Both the position numbers and the translations under genes were made by a program. From Candidatus Woesearchaeota archaeon (lineage in GTDB: Archaea; Nanobdellota; Nanobdellia; Pacearchaeales; GW2011-AR1): a stretch of DNA of 24,229 bases. The DNA is taken from contig CAZJVQ010000004.1 in the NCBI GenBank assembly GCA_964549605.1, positions 2,965-27,193 of the forward strand. The letters run 5' to 3'. The notes under the pieces were generated by a model that worked only from the letters and a program-made list of their open reading frames with translations, made no database searches and had not been told where the DNA came from. Shown here in pieces: positions 1 to 8,923 of the stretch (its first letter is position 1; every line of letters starts with the position of its first letter).

Positions 1-84
1 GAAAACCCAATATGTTACTAGTAAAAAAATTGCAAACAGTACTAATACTATACTCAAAAATCTAACTAAAAATCTCCACACCAT
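1..84 (-). CDS. Partial membrane protein (N-terminus only; runs off the window start)
   Basis: Manual translation from ATG at 84 gives MVWRFLVRFLSIVLVLFAIFLLVTYWVF..., open to base 1 and strongly hydrophobic. Not in the ORF track. Confidence 0.5.
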   Translation of the reverse strand, partial: MVWRFLVRFLSIVLVLFAIFLLVTYWVF

Positions 85-114
85 AAAGATAATTTGTCAA
101 TAGGATATAAAAAA

Positions 115-378
115 CTATTCTTCATCTATTTGTTTTGAATAATTTGTATAATCTCTCAAAGGGTATTCATTGTAATTATCCCTTAAAGCCATTGCATGTG
201 CGAAACCCGTTGCTCTTGTAAAAGGATGATCTGTTGATAATCTTATAGTTGCTTCAGAAACTTTTAAAACATACCCAATAATCTCTGAATCTTTATCCCA
301 AAGTCTTAATCTGTCTCCTTTTTTAATATCTTTGATTTTTCCAACAAGAGAATTCTCTTTGTGATCAAATGTCATCAA
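115..378 (-). CDS. Hypothetical protein, 87 aa (possibly a small beta-barrel)
   Basis: ORF track. TTTATATAA box about 21 nt upstream of the ATG, the same spacing as at the confident genes. No family motif recognised. Confidence 0.6.
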   Translation of the reverse strand: MMTFDHKENSLVGKIKDIKKGDRLRLWDKDSEIIGYVLKVSEATIRLSTDHPFTRATGFAHAMALRDNYNEYPLRDYTNYSKQIDEE

Positions 379-416
379 AATGGACTAGAAATCAATTATA
401 TAAATTTGTTGATAAT

Positions 417-440
417 AAAAAAAATAAAAAAAATAAAAAA
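417..440 (-). terminator. Oligo-U terminator of the tuf / acidic-peptide transcript
   Basis: Near-continuous T tracts on the minus strand directly after the stop at 454. Archaeal intrinsic terminators are U-rich tracts. Confidence 0.45.
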
Positions 441-453
441 TGTTTAAGAATGC

Positions 454-570
454 TTACTCTTCGTCTTTTTTGTCTTCTTCAGCTGCAGGCTCGTCTGCCT
501 TTTCTTCAGCTTCAGGTTCGGCATCCATTTCCTCTTTTTCTTCCATAGATGCTTTTTCTTCTTCTTCCAT
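454..570 (-). CDS. Small acidic protein, 38 aa (MEEEEKASMEEKEEMDAEPEAEEKADEPAAEEDKKDEE)
   Basis: Manual translation. AAGAGGT Shine-Dalgarno (584-578) lies 7 nt before the ATG. Starts 40 nt after the tuf stop on the same strand and is followed by an oligo-U tract. Confidence 0.6.
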   Translation of the reverse strand: MEEEEKASMEEKEEMDAEPEAEEKADEPAAEEDKKDEE

Positions 571-610
571 AGTATAAACCTCTTATTTAATTGAGTATAA
601 ACTGAAGTAA

Positions 611-1894
611 TTACTTCTTTTTAACGATTTCGGTGCACATACCTGCTGCTACTGTTGCACCAGCGTCTCTAATTGCAAATCTAGACATAAATGGGTTATC
701 TTTTTGTGTTTCAATACATAAGTTTCCTTGTGGCTTAAGTCTAACTTTTGCGGAGTCTCCATTTTTTAAGAAATCAGGATTTTCTTTAATAACTTCCCCA
801 GTTGCTGGGTTGATTTGAGCTATTAATTCTGTAAATTGACATGGAACTTGAGCTGTGTGAACATGGAATACTGGTGTGTATCCTTTTGCTAAAACAGTTG
901 GATGGTTGATAACTGTTACTGTTGCTATAAATTCTTCAGCAACTGGAACAGGTGTTGCTGCGTCGCAAACTACGTCTCCTCTTGCTATATCTTTCTTTCC
1001 AACTCCTCTTATGTTAATTCCGACATTATCTCCTGCTTCAGCTTCGTTAAGTTGTTCATGATGAGCTTCAATTGTTCTTAATTCTCCTTCGATTCCTTTT
1101 CCAGTTCTTCCTGGAAGTACTATAACTTTTGCTCCTTTTTTCATAATCCCAGTTTCAACTTTTCCTACTGGAACAGTTCCGATACCTGTAATTTCATAAA
1201 CATCTTGAACAGGCATTCTCATTGGAAGATTTGTTGGTAATTCTGGAGCTGGGAATAAATCAAATTGTTCTTTTATTGTTGGTCCTTTGTACCAATCCAT
1301 ATTTTTTGATTTTTCAGCAACATTATCTCCTTTTTGTCCAGATGCAGCTATGAAAGTTGTAGTTTCTGGGTTAATTCCAACACCTTTCAATAATTTTCCT
1401 ACGTCTTCTTTAACTTTGTTATAAGCATCTTCTTTGTATTCTACTTCATCCATTTTGTTAATAACAACAGCTAAATTCTTAACGCCCATTGTTCTCAATA
1501 ACCATAAGTGTTCAGTTGTTTGTGGTTGTACTCCTGATTTAGCAGCGATAACCAAGAAAGCAGCATCTGCTTGTGAAGCTCCTGTAATCATGTTTTTAAC
1601 AAAATCTCTGTGTCCAGGTGCATCAATGATTGTTATTTGGAATTTATCAGTCATAATTTTCTTGTATGCTAAGTCAATTGTAACTCCTCTTTCTCTTTCC
1701 TCTTTGATCTTATCCATAATGTAAGCGAATTCAAAACCAGCTTTACCGTGTTTTTCTGCTTCTTCTTTAAGCTTTTTCATTTCCTGATCTGAAACCATTC
1801 CAGAAGAAAATAATAGTTGTCCAACTGTGGTTGACTTTCCTGCGTCAACGTGTCCAACGAACACAACGTTCATATTTGGTTTATCTTTAGCCAT
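611..1894 (-). CDS. tuf: Translation elongation factor EF-1 alpha (archaeal)
   Basis: [10 protein letters not shown]-loop, [54 protein letters not shown]; 427 aa. Confidence 0.98.
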   Translation of the reverse strand: MAKDKPNMNVVFVGHVDAGKSTTVGQLLFSSGMVSDQEMKKLKEEAEKHGKAGFEFAYIMDKIKEERERGVTIDLAYKKIMTDKFQITIIDAPGHRDFVKNMITGASQADAAFLVIAAKSGVQPQTTEHLWLLRTMGVKNLAVVINKMDEVEYKEDAYNKVKEDVGKLLKGVGINPETTTFIAASGQKGDNVAEKSKNMDWYKGPTIKEQFDLFPAPELPTNLPMRMPVQDVYEITGIGTVPVGKVETGIMKKGAKVIVLPGRTGKGIEGELRTIEAHHEQLNEAEAGDNVGINIRGVGKKDIARGDVVCDAATPVPVAEEFIATVTVINHPTVLAKGYTPVFHVHTAQVPCQFTELIAQINPATGEVIKENPDFLKNGDSAKVRLKPQGNLCIETQKDNPFMSRFAIRDAGATVAAGMCTEIVKKK

Positions 1895-1916
1895 GCAGAA
1901 TTTATGAAAAAATAGA

Positions 1917-1930
1917 TTTATAAAGTTTTT
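1917..1930 (-). promoter_or_regulatory. BRE/TATA promoter of tuf (probably leaderless mRNA)
   Basis: Minus strand reads AAAAAC-TTTATAAA, then 22 nt, then the ATG at 1894. Confidence 0.6.
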
Positions 1931-1972
1931 GCTTGTCTAGAATTATTAAATAATCGTAACAAAGTATTAAAA

Positions 1973-3067
1973 ATGGATCTAAACACTCTAAAATTTCTCG
2001 AGAAAAATATTCAACGTTTATCGTCGATGATTCCCCGTTCCCTAATGGTTAAAATATTATCTAGGGGCCGATTAAATTTCTTGGAAATATTTGAAAAAGA
2101 GTCTCCTGAATCAATAATTGTTCCAGAAAACCTGAAAAGAACCATATGGGGCATTGATTTTAGGTCGCAAATTATGAATGCAGCGGGAATGTTCAAAAAT
2201 GGGGAATGTTATGGAGTGATTTCACAGCAAGGAGCAGGGGGTTTTTTGGGGGGAACTAGTACTTGGGATTCGAGAAAGGGAAATAAAGATCTTCCTTTCG
2301 CTAAACTATCTCATTCTAGTTCTGCATTGAATTGTTTAGGTCTTCCAAATAAGGGAGATATTTATGGTTCTAATAGAGTAGCAGAACTGATTGAAAGTGG
2401 GGAAAAGTCACAATGTCCAATTGGATGGAGTGTTTCATATTCTCCTGGAAAAAATCCAATTGAAAAATCAAAAAATATTGTCTCGGGCATGGAACTCTAT
2501 GAAGCTACTGGAGTAGATTTTTTGGAAGTAAATGAAAGTTGTCCTAATACTGGAGAAAGTTCTGGTAATTTAGAAGAAAGATTGAAATTTATCCGAGATA
2601 ATTTTTTAAAAAATAGAAAAAGAAATTTTCCAGTAATTGTTAAATTTTCAAACGACACTGAAATTGAGCAAGTTCATTATTTATTGGATTTGTTATTTGA
2701 TTTTGGATTTGATGGTGTTAATTTTGGAAATACTTCAACTGATTATTCAAAACATAGAAAAAACGTTGATGAAAAAGATAGAAAATTATTTGATTATTTT
2801 GTAAAAAATATTGGGGGAGGTGTTAGTGGAAAAGTTTTGAAACAAGATTCTTTGAAACTTTGTTCTGAGGCTGTTAAATACGTCAAGTTAAAAAATCCTA
2901 AACAAGAATTTCATGTAATCAGAACTGGGGGAATTGAAACTGCAGAAGATATTTTAGAATCTGAAAAAGCTGGAATAAGTTTGAATCAATGGTTTACAGG
3001 ATATTGGGAAAATTTTTCAAAAGAAGGACACAAACTTTATGAAAAATTATATCAAAAATTAATTTAG
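1973..3067 (+). CDS. pyrD: Dihydroorotate dehydrogenase-family FMN enzyme (PyrD-like)
   Basis: NAAGMFKNG, NCLGLPNKG, EVNESCPNT, VKFSND, GGVSGKVL, RTGGI and QWFTG match the DHOD motif order. Substrate specificity is not proven. Confidence 0.78.
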   Translation: MDLNTLKFLEKNIQRLSSMIPRSLMVKILSRGRLNFLEIFEKESPESIIVPENLKRTIWGIDFRSQIMNAAGMFKNGECYGVISQQGAGGFLGGTSTWDSRKGNKDLPFAKLSHSSSALNCLGLPNKGDIYGSNRVAELIESGEKSQCPIGWSVSYSPGKNPIEKSKNIVSGMELYEATGVDFLEVNESCPNTGESSGNLEERLKFIRDNFLKNRKRNFPVIVKFSNDTEIEQVHYLLDLLFDFGFDGVNFGNTSTDYSKHRKNVDEKDRKLFDYFVKNIGGGVSGKVLKQDSLKLCSEAVKYVKLKNPKQEFHVIRTGGIETAEDILESEKAGISLNQWFTGYWENFSKEGHKLYEKLYQKLI

Positions 3068-3114
3068 TATTTTACCACAGGAATCCTTTTATATTTAAAA
3101 AATATAATGTTTTT

Positions 3115-4038
3115 ATGGAAAAGCCGGAGTTTGTTTGGAGAAATGGGGAAATTGGTTCTGGGGATGGCGAATTAGCAAAAATCGATATTTTTAATCATTC
3201 TTTGAACTACGGTTCTGCTGTTTTTGAAGGGATTAGGGTTTATGAAACTCCTGGAAACGAAAAGGGGCACTCTGCTATTTTTAGATTGGAAGATCATGTT
3301 AATAGATTATTTTATTCTGCTTCAGTTATGGGAAATAATGTTAGAGGATTTTCTAGAAAAGAAATTAGTGATGCAATTATTGAAACCGTTAAAGTAAATA
3401 AAATAGATGAGGGTTATATCAGACCATTAGTATTTTATGGGAATGGTTTAGGTCTTAACCCTGAGGGGCTTGAAGAAGAAGTGGCAATTTTTGCGGTTCC
3501 TTTTGGAAGATATTTGAAGGATGAAGAAATAAAAGTTTGTTTTTCAAAATATCGAAAAACTAGCTCTATGACAACAGCCCCAGGTGCTAAAATCTCTGGA
3601 AATTATGCAAATTCAATTCTTGCACATTTAGATATTAAAAAAAGAGGTTATGATGAAGGTTTATTATTAGATTGCGGAGCAGATATTTCTGAAGGCCCTG
3701 GAGAAAATATTTTCTTTGTTAAGAAGAGTAAACTAATAACTACTTCATCAAAAAGTATTTTACGTGGAATAACTAGGGATACTGTTTTTAAATTAGGTAA
3801 GGAAAATGGGTTGGAAATTGAAGGGAGGAGTATGCATCCTATGGCAATTCATGACATGGATGAAGCATTTTTTTGTGGAACTGCAGTAGAAATAACTCCT
3901 ATATCAGAGATAAACTATTCATGTAAAACCAAAAAATATGAAACTCAAGAAGTAACTAATTTAATTCGAGATGCTTATATGGATACAGTTCGAGGAAAAA
4001 ATAAAAAACATTTAGATTGGTTGAGCTTTGTAAAATAG
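3115..4038 (+). CDS. ilvE: Branched-chain amino acid aminotransferase (PLP fold type IV)
   Basis: LNYGSAVFEGIRVY, KISGNY (PLP lysine), GYDEGLLLD, EGPGENIF, ILRGITR, EAFFCGTAVEITPI. Confidence 0.92.
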   Translation: MEKPEFVWRNGEIGSGDGELAKIDIFNHSLNYGSAVFEGIRVYETPGNEKGHSAIFRLEDHVNRLFYSASVMGNNVRGFSRKEISDAIIETVKVNKIDEGYIRPLVFYGNGLGLNPEGLEEEVAIFAVPFGRYLKDEEIKVCFSKYRKTSSMTTAPGAKISGNYANSILAHLDIKKRGYDEGLLLDCGADISEGPGENIFFVKKSKLITTSSKSILRGITRDTVFKLGKENGLEIEGRSMHPMAIHDMDEAFFCGTAVEITPISEINYSCKTKKYETQEVTNLIRDAYMDTVRGKNKKHLDWLSFVK

Positions 4039-4054
4039 AATTATTGATTCTCGC

Positions 4055-4378
4055 TCAATCCTTTTCATAAATCAAATATCCTAATTCTATTCCAGGTCTT
4101 GCCGTCATCATGGCAATTTCCTTGAGAGTAGAACTATTCTCCCTCTCCTTTGAAATTCTTTCTTCAATGGTGCTTCTACTGAAATTTGGATTATTCGCAC
4201 TAACATTCCGAACACCCATAAAACTTAACGTATTTGTCATTCCCACCCCCCATACTGCAGCTATGCTAACATACACAGCTGTCTTTTTCATCCAACTTGG
4301 AATTGTTGGTGTGAATTCTGTTTCTTGTGGTTCGTGTCTGAAATATTTTCCTTCATATACCATTTTATTGATTTTCAC
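4055..4378 (-). CDS. Hypothetical single-pass membrane protein, 107 aa
   Basis: ORF track. GTG start overlaps the fusA 3' end. One hydrophobic segment (TAVYVSIAAVWGVGMTNTLSFM). Confidence 0.62.
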   Translation of the reverse strand: MKINKMVYEGKYFRHEPQETEFTPTIPSWMKKTAVYVSIAAVWGVGMTNTLSFMGVRNVSANNPNFSRSTIEERISKERENSSTLKEIAMMTARPGIELGYLIYEKD

Positions 4379-6551
4379 TTAATCCCTTTCTTTCTCTAAT
4401 CTTTTTTATAACGTCTGCTTGTAAACTTACAGGAATTTTTTCATAAAGCTGGTCTGATAAAGAACTTGTTCCTCTTCCCTCGGTTTCCGATCTTAGGTCT
4501 GAACTCCATCCAATCATTTCTGCAACTGGAAGTTTTGCTTTTACTTCTGCGTTGGTTCCTTCTTGTGAAACGTTAATCAATTGTCCTCTTTTACCGCCGA
4601 TTAATTTTGTGATTCCCCCTAAGAACTTGTCTGGCATTTCAATAACATGAACTTGTAAAGGTTCCAAAAGAGCTGCGCTTGCATTTTTCATTGATTCAGT
4701 TATTCCTTCTCTTACTGCAGGATAAACCTGGGCAGGCCCTCTGTGAATTGCGTCTTCATGCAGTTTAATATCAACTAAAGAAACTTTCATTTTTGTACAA
4801 GGTTCTCTTGCTAAAGGTCCTTGATCCATAACCATTTCAAAAGCGTCCAAAGCCATATCCATAATTTCTCCGATATGAACTTCTCCACGAGTTTCGTCTA
4901 AGAAAACATTTCCATTGTAAACATCTCTGATATCTCTGATTTCATCTCCACTCCAACCTAACTTTGAGAATTGGTCTGCAACATCTTGGCTTTTCTTTTT
5001 TACTCTTCCCTCGTTTACTTCTCCGGATTTTATTGCTTCGTAAACATTATCTTCCAAAGGTTGGACTTTTATGAAGAAACTGTTATGTTTGTTTGGGCTT
5101 CTTCCCTCTGATGCTTCCGATTCTCTTCCAACTGTTTCCCTATAAACAATTATTGGAGCTGAAGTTTTAACGTCAAGTCCTTTTTCTGTTTTTATTCTGT
5201 TTTCAATAATTTCTAAATGTAATTCTCCCATTCCAGACATTAAGGATTCTCCAGTTTGATCGTTAATTTCAATCTTAATAGAGGGATCTTCTTTTCCAAT
5301 TTGCTTCAAAACTTCAACTAATTTTGGAAGGTCTGCGGATTTTGTTGCTTCAATAGATTTTGTAATAACTGGTTCGAATAAGTGTTTTATTGATTCGAAA
5401 GGTTCCATTGTTTCTTCGCTTACTGTTTCTCCAACGAATACGTTTTTCAAACCCACAATACCTACAATGTTTCCTGCAACAACTTCATCAACAACAACTC
5501 TTTGTGCTCCTTTGTAGACGGAAACTTGTTGTACTCTTGTTTTTCTTTTTGCTAAATTCATGTAAACTTCGTCACCCTGTTTTATTGTTCCTGAAAACAT
5601 TCTTCCTGCTGCGACTTCACCCGCGTGTTTATCAACAACTATTTTAATTGGAACGAACGCGACTTCTCCTTTTGGATCGCAATTAATCAAAGTTTTTCCC
5701 CTTTCTGATTCAATATCTCCGTGCCAGATTTTTGGGATTCTGTATTTTTGAGCGTCGACTGGATTTGGATGATGTTTTACAGACATTTCTAAAACAACTT
5801 CATGTAATGGCGCCTTCTTTGCTAATGCTTTAATATTTTCTTTTAATTTATTTTCGTCACTTTCAGTATAGGCATCAATAACATCTTTGAAAGTTAAGTT
5901 ATGTGTTTTCATGTAAGGGAAAGATAAAGCCCAATTGTGGAATGCTGAACCGAAAGCAACGGATCCTTCCCCAACTCCGACTTTCCATTTTTCTTTGTAA
6001 CCTTCTGGGGCTAAATTTTCTATTAATTCGTTAACATGATCAATTATTGAAATGAATTTTTTCTCCATTTCTTGAGGGGTTAGTTTAACTTCTTTTATTA
6101 ATCTGTCAACTTTGTTAATGAATAGAACTGGTCTTACTAATTCTTTTAATGCTTGTCTTAGAACTGTTTCTGTTTGGGGCATAACTCCTTCAACAGCGCA
6201 AGATAACACTACGCAACCATCTACAGCTCTCATTGCTCTTGTAACGTCTCCTCCGAAATCTACGTGTCCAGGAGTGTCTATTAAATTGATTAAGTGATCT
6301 ACTCCATCTACATTGTGAACCATAGAAACGTTTGCAGAATCTATTGTTATTCCCCTTGTTGCTTCGTCTTCGTGAAAATCAAGTGCCCTTTGTTTTCCGG
6401 CAGTTTCTTCTGACATCATTCCTGCTCCAGCAAGTAAATTGTCTGAGAAGGTGGTTTTACCGTGGTCAATATGTGCAGCAATAGCTATATTTCTAATCTT
6501 TGTTTGTTCTTTCATTAAACCTTGAATTAGTTTTGATTTGTCTTCTGCCAT
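4365..6551 (-). CDS. fusA: Translation elongation factor EF-2 (archaeal)
   Basis: AHIDHGKTT, RGITIDSA, LIDTPGHVDF, NKVDR, GMGELHLE, and the diphthamide loop HEDAIHRGPAQ; 728 aa. Confidence 0.98.
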   Translation of the reverse strand: MAEDKSKLIQGLMKEQTKIRNIAIAAHIDHGKTTFSDNLLAGAGMMSEETAGKQRALDFHEDEATRGITIDSANVSMVHNVDGVDHLINLIDTPGHVDFGGDVTRAMRAVDGCVVLSCAVEGVMPQTETVLRQALKELVRPVLFINKVDRLIKEVKLTPQEMEKKFISIIDHVNELIENLAPEGYKEKWKVGVGEGSVAFGSAFHNWALSFPYMKTHNLTFKDVIDAYTESDENKLKENIKALAKKAPLHEVVLEMSVKHHPNPVDAQKYRIPKIWHGDIESERGKTLINCDPKGEVAFVPIKIVVDKHAGEVAAGRMFSGTIKQGDEVYMNLAKRKTRVQQVSVYKGAQRVVVDEVVAGNIVGIVGLKNVFVGETVSEETMEPFESIKHLFEPVITKSIEATKSADLPKLVEVLKQIGKEDPSIKIEINDQTGESLMSGMGELHLEIIENRIKTEKGLDVKTSAPIIVYRETVGRESEASEGRSPNKHNSFFIKVQPLEDNVYEAIKSGEVNEGRVKKKSQDVADQFSKLGWSGDEIRDIRDVYNGNVFLDETRGEVHIGEIMDMALDAFEMVMDQGPLAREPCTKMKVSLVDIKLHEDAIHRGPAQVYPAVREGITESMKNASAALLEPLQVHVIEMPDKFLGGITKLIGGKRGQLINVSQEGTNAEVKAKLPVAEMIGWSSDLRSETEGRGTSSLSDQLYEKIPVSLQADVIKKIRERKGLSENQ

Positions 6552-6579
6552 TGTGAATAAATAATGATTGAAAAATTGG

Positions 6580-6587
6580 TTTATAAA
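6580..6587 (-). promoter_or_regulatory. TATA box of fusA
   Basis: TTTATAAA 28 nt upstream of the fusA ATG. Confidence 0.5.
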
Positions 6588-6604
6588 ATTATTGGGGGGT
6601 TATT

Positions 6605-7081
6605 TTAATTTTTTTCCAGTGTGAATGTTATTAATCTTTCAAAGAGAAAGATAATATTTGAAAGACATATTTTTTGGAATCTATCAAACATGTTTTTTTT
6701 TAAAATATTTTCAATCTTTTTTAGAATTTGGTCATCCATCTTCCAGTTCAATGGAGTTTCAAACATTCTTTTTTCAATCTTCCTTGAATCAAATATTAGA
6801 TTATGTGCATATTCATTTCTAATTTGATTCAATTTATCAAAAACGACATATTCTTTTTCAGTTAAAAGAGAATGGCTTAGAAGTATTTTTAATTTAATAT
6901 TCTGAGAATTTGTTTTATTGAACTTATATCTCAATAATTTTATTCTAAGTAATTCATTTACAACATATTCTGAGTAAATTCCCAATAATAAAACCATTTG
7001 TCTCCCATCATTTGTTAGTCCAATTTTATTCACTTCTTCAATAAATTCCAATTTTTGTTTTTCATAACTAGGAAATTTCAT
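6605..7081 (-). CDS. HEPN-superfamily (MtlR/DUF4145-like) helical protein, about 158 aa
   Basis: Rx4H motif in LNQIRNEYAHNL, preceded by the helix LLLGIYSEYVVNELL. The likely start ATG at 7081 overlaps the ABC exporter stop (TAATG). The ORF track start at 7114 is probably too long. Confidence 0.6.
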   Translation of the reverse strand: MKFPSYEKQKLEFIEEVNKIGLTNDGRQMVLLLGIYSEYVVNELLRIKLLRYKFNKTNSQNIKLKILLSHSLLTEKEYVVFDKLNQIRNEYAHNLIFDSRKIEKRMFETPLNWKMDDQILKKIENILKKNMFDRFQKICLSNIIFLFERLITFTLEKN

Positions 7082-8871
7082 TATTTGATGTAACCACCTT
7101 TTTGAAGATTCCAAAGTTTCTTGTATTCTCCTTCTCGTTTTATCAAATCGGCGTGTGTTCCTTCTTGGATTATTTGACCTTGTTTCAAAACGATGATTCT
7201 GTCTGAGTTCATAATTGTGGAAAGTCTGTGCGCAATTATAATTGAAGTTCTTCCTTTTAGCAATTCTTTCAAACTTTTTTGGATTTCGTGTTCTGTTTCG
7301 GAATCTAATGCTGAGGTTGCTTCATCCAAAACTAAAACCTTCTTATTTGCTAAAATTGCTCTTGCTATGGAAACTCTTTGCTTTTCTCCTCCAGACAATT
7401 TAACTCCTCGCTCTCCAACAATTGTTTTTTCTTTTTCTGGGAAATTCCTAATTACTTTATCCAACTGTGCAAATTTTATTGCATCCAAAACTTCTTTTCT
7501 GCTTGCTTTAGGATTTGAGAATTTAATGTTATTGAAAATTGTATCATCAAATAAAACGCATTCTTGAGGAACTATGCTTAATTCTCCCCTAAGAGATTCT
7601 TGATTGAATTCTTTTATATTCTTTCCATCAATTAAGATTTCTCCATCATCTACATCAAATAATCTGTAAAGTAATTTTACTAATGTGGATTTTCCGCAAC
7701 CAGAATGCCCAACTAATGCTACTTTTTCGTTTGGTTTTATTTTCAAACTGAAATCATTTAATCCAAAGGCTTTCTTTTTACCATAATGGAAATCAATATT
7801 TTTTAAGAAGATTTCTCCTTTTTCTATTTTTAATTCTTTTGCATTTGGCTTGTCTTTTATTTCATTTTCAGTCATGAGATATTCTGTTATTTCTCCCATA
7901 TCCCCCATTGAAACGTAAAACCCTCTGATGCCCCCCACGAATCCAAACAGTGGGCCCATTAATGATCCGTAGACGGTGTATATGAATGCGAGATCCCCTA
8001 TAGTTATTCCTCCATCAAGGAAACTCATTAGTGGGAAATAAATTACAAAGAAGGTCCCAATTGATAAGATTAAACTTTGTCCAGTACTAAAGTATCTTCC
8101 AAATGCCCAGAACTTTCCAGTTTTTATTTTAACGTCTTCTGCTAATTTTGAATAACGTTCCTTTACGAATTTTTCTTTTCCAAAATATTTTATCGAATCT
8201 ATGTTTGTGAAAAAATCTGAAAGGTTTCCCTTTTCAACATCTTCTGCAAGATATGATGCTATATGTAATGATTTTTGGGCATTTGAAATCCAAATTCCGT
8301 AAACTATGAATGTTATTGAGACCATAAGAATAACAAATGCACTTGTTCTATCTAAAAGAAATATGGATCCCCCTGCAAGAATCATTTGAAGGAATAATGG
8401 TGAAACATTGTATATGAAGAAATCTGTAAGTCTTTCATAAGAAGAAACTCCTCGATTAAGTTTTGAAATCATTGAGCCTGTTTTATGGGTTGTATGGAAA
8501 CGATGCGAAAGGCTCACCACATGACTGAAGAATTTTCTTTTTAGATCAAAGATCATACTTGATTCAAATTTTGCAACCATTATTTCTCTGAACCAATGAT
8601 TAATGATCCTTCCTATTGAAATTATAATAAAAGCCGCGGCTATTCCGATAAGCAAAGATGTTAGAGCACTTTGTTCAATAATTCCCGATAAATAATCTGC
8701 TCCATTGTCAAGTATTACTTTGAATAAATATTTTTCAGACAAATTCAAAAATTCTGAGATTACGGCTAATAGTATTACAAATAGGAAAATCCCTTTATAG
8801 GGCTTTATTGTGTTGAAGTAAATTTTCAGATTTTTCTTGAAATCTACTTCTTTGTACAAATTTCTTGTCAT
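7081..8871 (-). CDS. ABC exporter, fused permease plus ATPase (MsbA/Atm1/ABCB type)
   Basis: N-terminal multi-TM domain, Walker A GHSGCGKST, signature LSGGEKQR, Walker B VLDEATSALD, H-loop AHRLST. Confidence 0.95.
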   Translation of the reverse strand: MTRNLYKEVDFKKNLKIYFNTIKPYKGIFLFVILLAVISEFLNLSEKYLFKVILDNGADYLSGIIEQSALTSLLIGIAAAFIIISIGRIINHWFREIMVAKFESSMIFDLKRKFFSHVVSLSHRFHTTHKTGSMISKLNRGVSSYERLTDFFIYNVSPLFLQMILAGGSIFLLDRTSAFVILMVSITFIVYGIWISNAQKSLHIASYLAEDVEKGNLSDFFTNIDSIKYFGKEKFVKERYSKLAEDVKIKTGKFWAFGRYFSTGQSLILSIGTFFVIYFPLMSFLDGGITIGDLAFIYTVYGSLMGPLFGFVGGIRGFYVSMGDMGEITEYLMTENEIKDKPNAKELKIEKGEIFLKNIDFHYGKKKAFGLNDFSLKIKPNEKVALVGHSGCGKSTLVKLLYRLFDVDDGEILIDGKNIKEFNQESLRGELSIVPQECVLFDDTIFNNIKFSNPKASRKEVLDAIKFAQLDKVIRNFPEKEKTIVGERGVKLSGGEKQRVSIARAILANKKVLVLDEATSALDSETEHEIQKSLKELLKGRTSIIIAHRLSTIMNSDRIIVLKQGQIIQEGTHADLIKREGEYKKLWNLQKGGYIK

Positions 8872-8923
8872 TTTTTGTTTTAAAGTAAAAGTAGTTAATA
8901 AAAGTTATTCTGAAATAAGATTT

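Noticed and set aside
633-1724. Plus-strand ORFs 633-818, 876-1061 and 1434-1724
   Set aside because: Antisense shadows of tuf with no motifs.
4720-4770. Possible altered diphthamide site in EF-2
   Set aside because: HEDAIHRGPAQ is the canonical archaeal motif.
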